Source: a virus
Lineage: Duplodnaviria > Caudoviricetes
Reading direction: 5' to 3' (one strand)
IMG/VR virus record: IMGVR_UViG_3300012232_000437
Location: 1 to 36,060 of that record
DNA: 36,060 bases
Part shown: positions 34,966 to 36,060 of the stretch, piece by piece
How positions within the stretch are numbered: position 1 is the stretch's first letter
Layout: each line of letters begins with the position of its first letter
The notes under the pieces: model-generated
Databases searched by the model: none
What the model was told of the DNA's origin: nothing
Seen by the model: the letters and a program-made list of their open reading frames with translations, nothing else
Program-made: the position numbers and the translations under genes

Positions 34966-35397
34966 ATGCCTGAGTCTGCATTGCGCCCGTGCACGGGCGA
35001 TCCAAAGTGTCCTGAACTCACCAAGGGTGGCCCCTGTGAGAAGCATCGCAAGGTACGCCAAAAGCTGAGTGACGCCCACCGAGGCACCGCTCAACAGCGC
35101 GGCTACACGTATCGGTGGAGTCAAGTCAGTCAGCAGCACCTGCGGCAATACCCACTTTGCGGCATGAAGGACATCTGCGCCTACGAAGGCTGGCGCGGCG
35201 AGTGCTACGAACAGAAACGCATCACCCCAGCCACCTGCACGGACCACATCATCCCGCATAAGGGCGATAAGTATCTGTTTTGGGACCCTTTGAATCGTCA
35301 AAGTTTGTGCTCTGCGTGCCATAGCCGAAAGACGGCGATGGAAGATGGAGGATATGGACACCCTGCTCGACATGCCGAAGCGAAAGCTGTTCCCTAG
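34966..35397 (+). CDS. Terminase-associated HNH endonuclease (HK97 gp74-like)
   Basis: RGTAQQRGY..W, YPLC, DHIIPHKGD..FWDPLNRQSLCSACHSRKT. Confidence 0.9.
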   Translation: MPESALRPCTGDPKCPELTKGGPCEKHRKVRQKLSDAHRGTAQQRGYTYRWSQVSQQHLRQYPLCGMKDICAYEGWRGECYEQKRITPATCTDHIIPHKGDKYLFWDPLNRQSLCSACHSRKTAMEDGGYGHPARHAEAKAVP

Positions 35398-35542
35398 TCA
35401 CGTGTTGATCTCTGCCCAAGAGGCTGAAGACCTGATGGCCTACATGCGCGATCAGTATCTGAACCAGAATAAGCACCCGCAGTTGCATGCCCTGCTGCAG
35501 CGACTGGACCGACTGGCGACTGGGGTCTATGAACGCACGTGA
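35354..35542 (+). CDS. Hypothetical DQYLN-domain protein
   Basis: GGAGG RBS; paralogous to the C-terminus of 27188-27547. Confidence 0.6.
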   Translation: MDTLLDMPKRKLFPSHVLISAQEAEDLMAYMRDQYLNQNKHPQLHALLQRLDRLATGVYERT

Positions 35543-35552
35543 GGGATTCCAC

Positions 35553-35774
35553 ATGAATCGACGAGAAGCGATCGCGGCGTTGGTGGCACTGCCTGAGGTG
35601 TCGCGGATCTCAGTGGCGAATCCTCAGCCTGACGATGTGGTCGTGGTGGAATACGAAGGCGCCATGAGCCAAGAGACTGCCGAGCGTATCGAGGCCCACT
35701 TACAGCGCGTCTGGCCTGGCCGCCAAATCGTGGTGTTGAGTGACGGGTTGAAGCTCAGATTTGCTGGCAAATGA
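35553..35774 (+). CDS. Hypothetical protein
   Basis: 73 aa, starts MNRREAIAAL. Confidence 0.6.
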   Translation: MNRREAIAALVALPEVSRISVANPQPDDVVVVEYEGAMSQETAERIEAHLQRVWPGRQIVVLSDGLKLRFAGK

Positions 35775-35951
35775 ACGGTCCACTTCGCGTTGATGATGTG
35801 CCGCTGCCTGCGCTACTCGTGCCAGGATCCCCACGAAACAGGCCAGCCCGATGACGCCTACTCCTAGTGTCCCAGGGTTCAGATTCGCTGCGCCGAACAA
35901 GGCTAGGAACACACCGAAGGCAGAGAGCGCGAAGACGATCAGTGCAGTCAT
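35700..35951 (-). CDS. Small two-TM membrane protein
   Basis: Two hydrophobic helices on the opposite strand, moron-like. Confidence 0.55.
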   Translation of the reverse strand: MTALIVFALSAFGVFLALFGAANLNPGTLGVGVIGLACFVGILARVAQAAAHHQREVDRSFASKSELQPVTQHHDLAARPDAL

Positions 35952-36060
35952 ACGCTAAGCATACGCAATAATCCCAACACAAACATGGCATGAACATTGA
36001 CGTGAGACGCAACGAATCGACGGGGGGTATTGACCTGTTGCGCGGACAATGCCTCCAAAC

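Noticed and set aside
35553-35620. Tat signal peptide (MNRREAIAAL)
   Set aside because: The hydrophobic region is short and interrupted by Pro and Glu, so export cannot be supported
35990-36060. Possible cos site or late promoter near the G-run
   Set aside because: Position after the gp74-like HNH is suggestive, but the window ends and no terminase gene is visible to support it

Overview
The window is part of a GC-rich, temperate-type tailed phage or prophage genome. The host is probably a diderm soil or sediment bacterium such as Acidobacteriota, which is an inference from the PEP-CTERM gene and the IS types. Gene order is: end of a Gly-rich tail gene, lysis module, CI/Cro switch, ERF plus YqaJ recombination pair, replication and nin-like small-ORF region, a locus of methyltransferase, glycosyltransferase, beta-helix and repeat proteins, and a terminase-associated HNH. 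Two complete cargo-carrying insertion sequences can be delimited to the base by inverted repeats and 8-bp target duplications, and each splits a phage gene. The IS1595 element (3620-6640) carries a three-gene toxin-antitoxin-like operon followed by a class II tRNA with a tRNA-Leu body but an Ala (UGC) anticodon. The IS1-like element (19377-22581) carries a Panacea antitoxin, a membrane protein and a promoter-driven structured ~200-nt RNA. Other notable signals are a multi-stem RNA before a short replication gene, two ~530-bp HNH-type cassettes flanked by 11-bp direct repeats, dispersed gene-start repeats, a stand-alone TGT/DpdA-like gene and a dual-frame C5-methyltransferase remnant. All calls are from reading the sequence by eye. 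No searches or folding programs were run.
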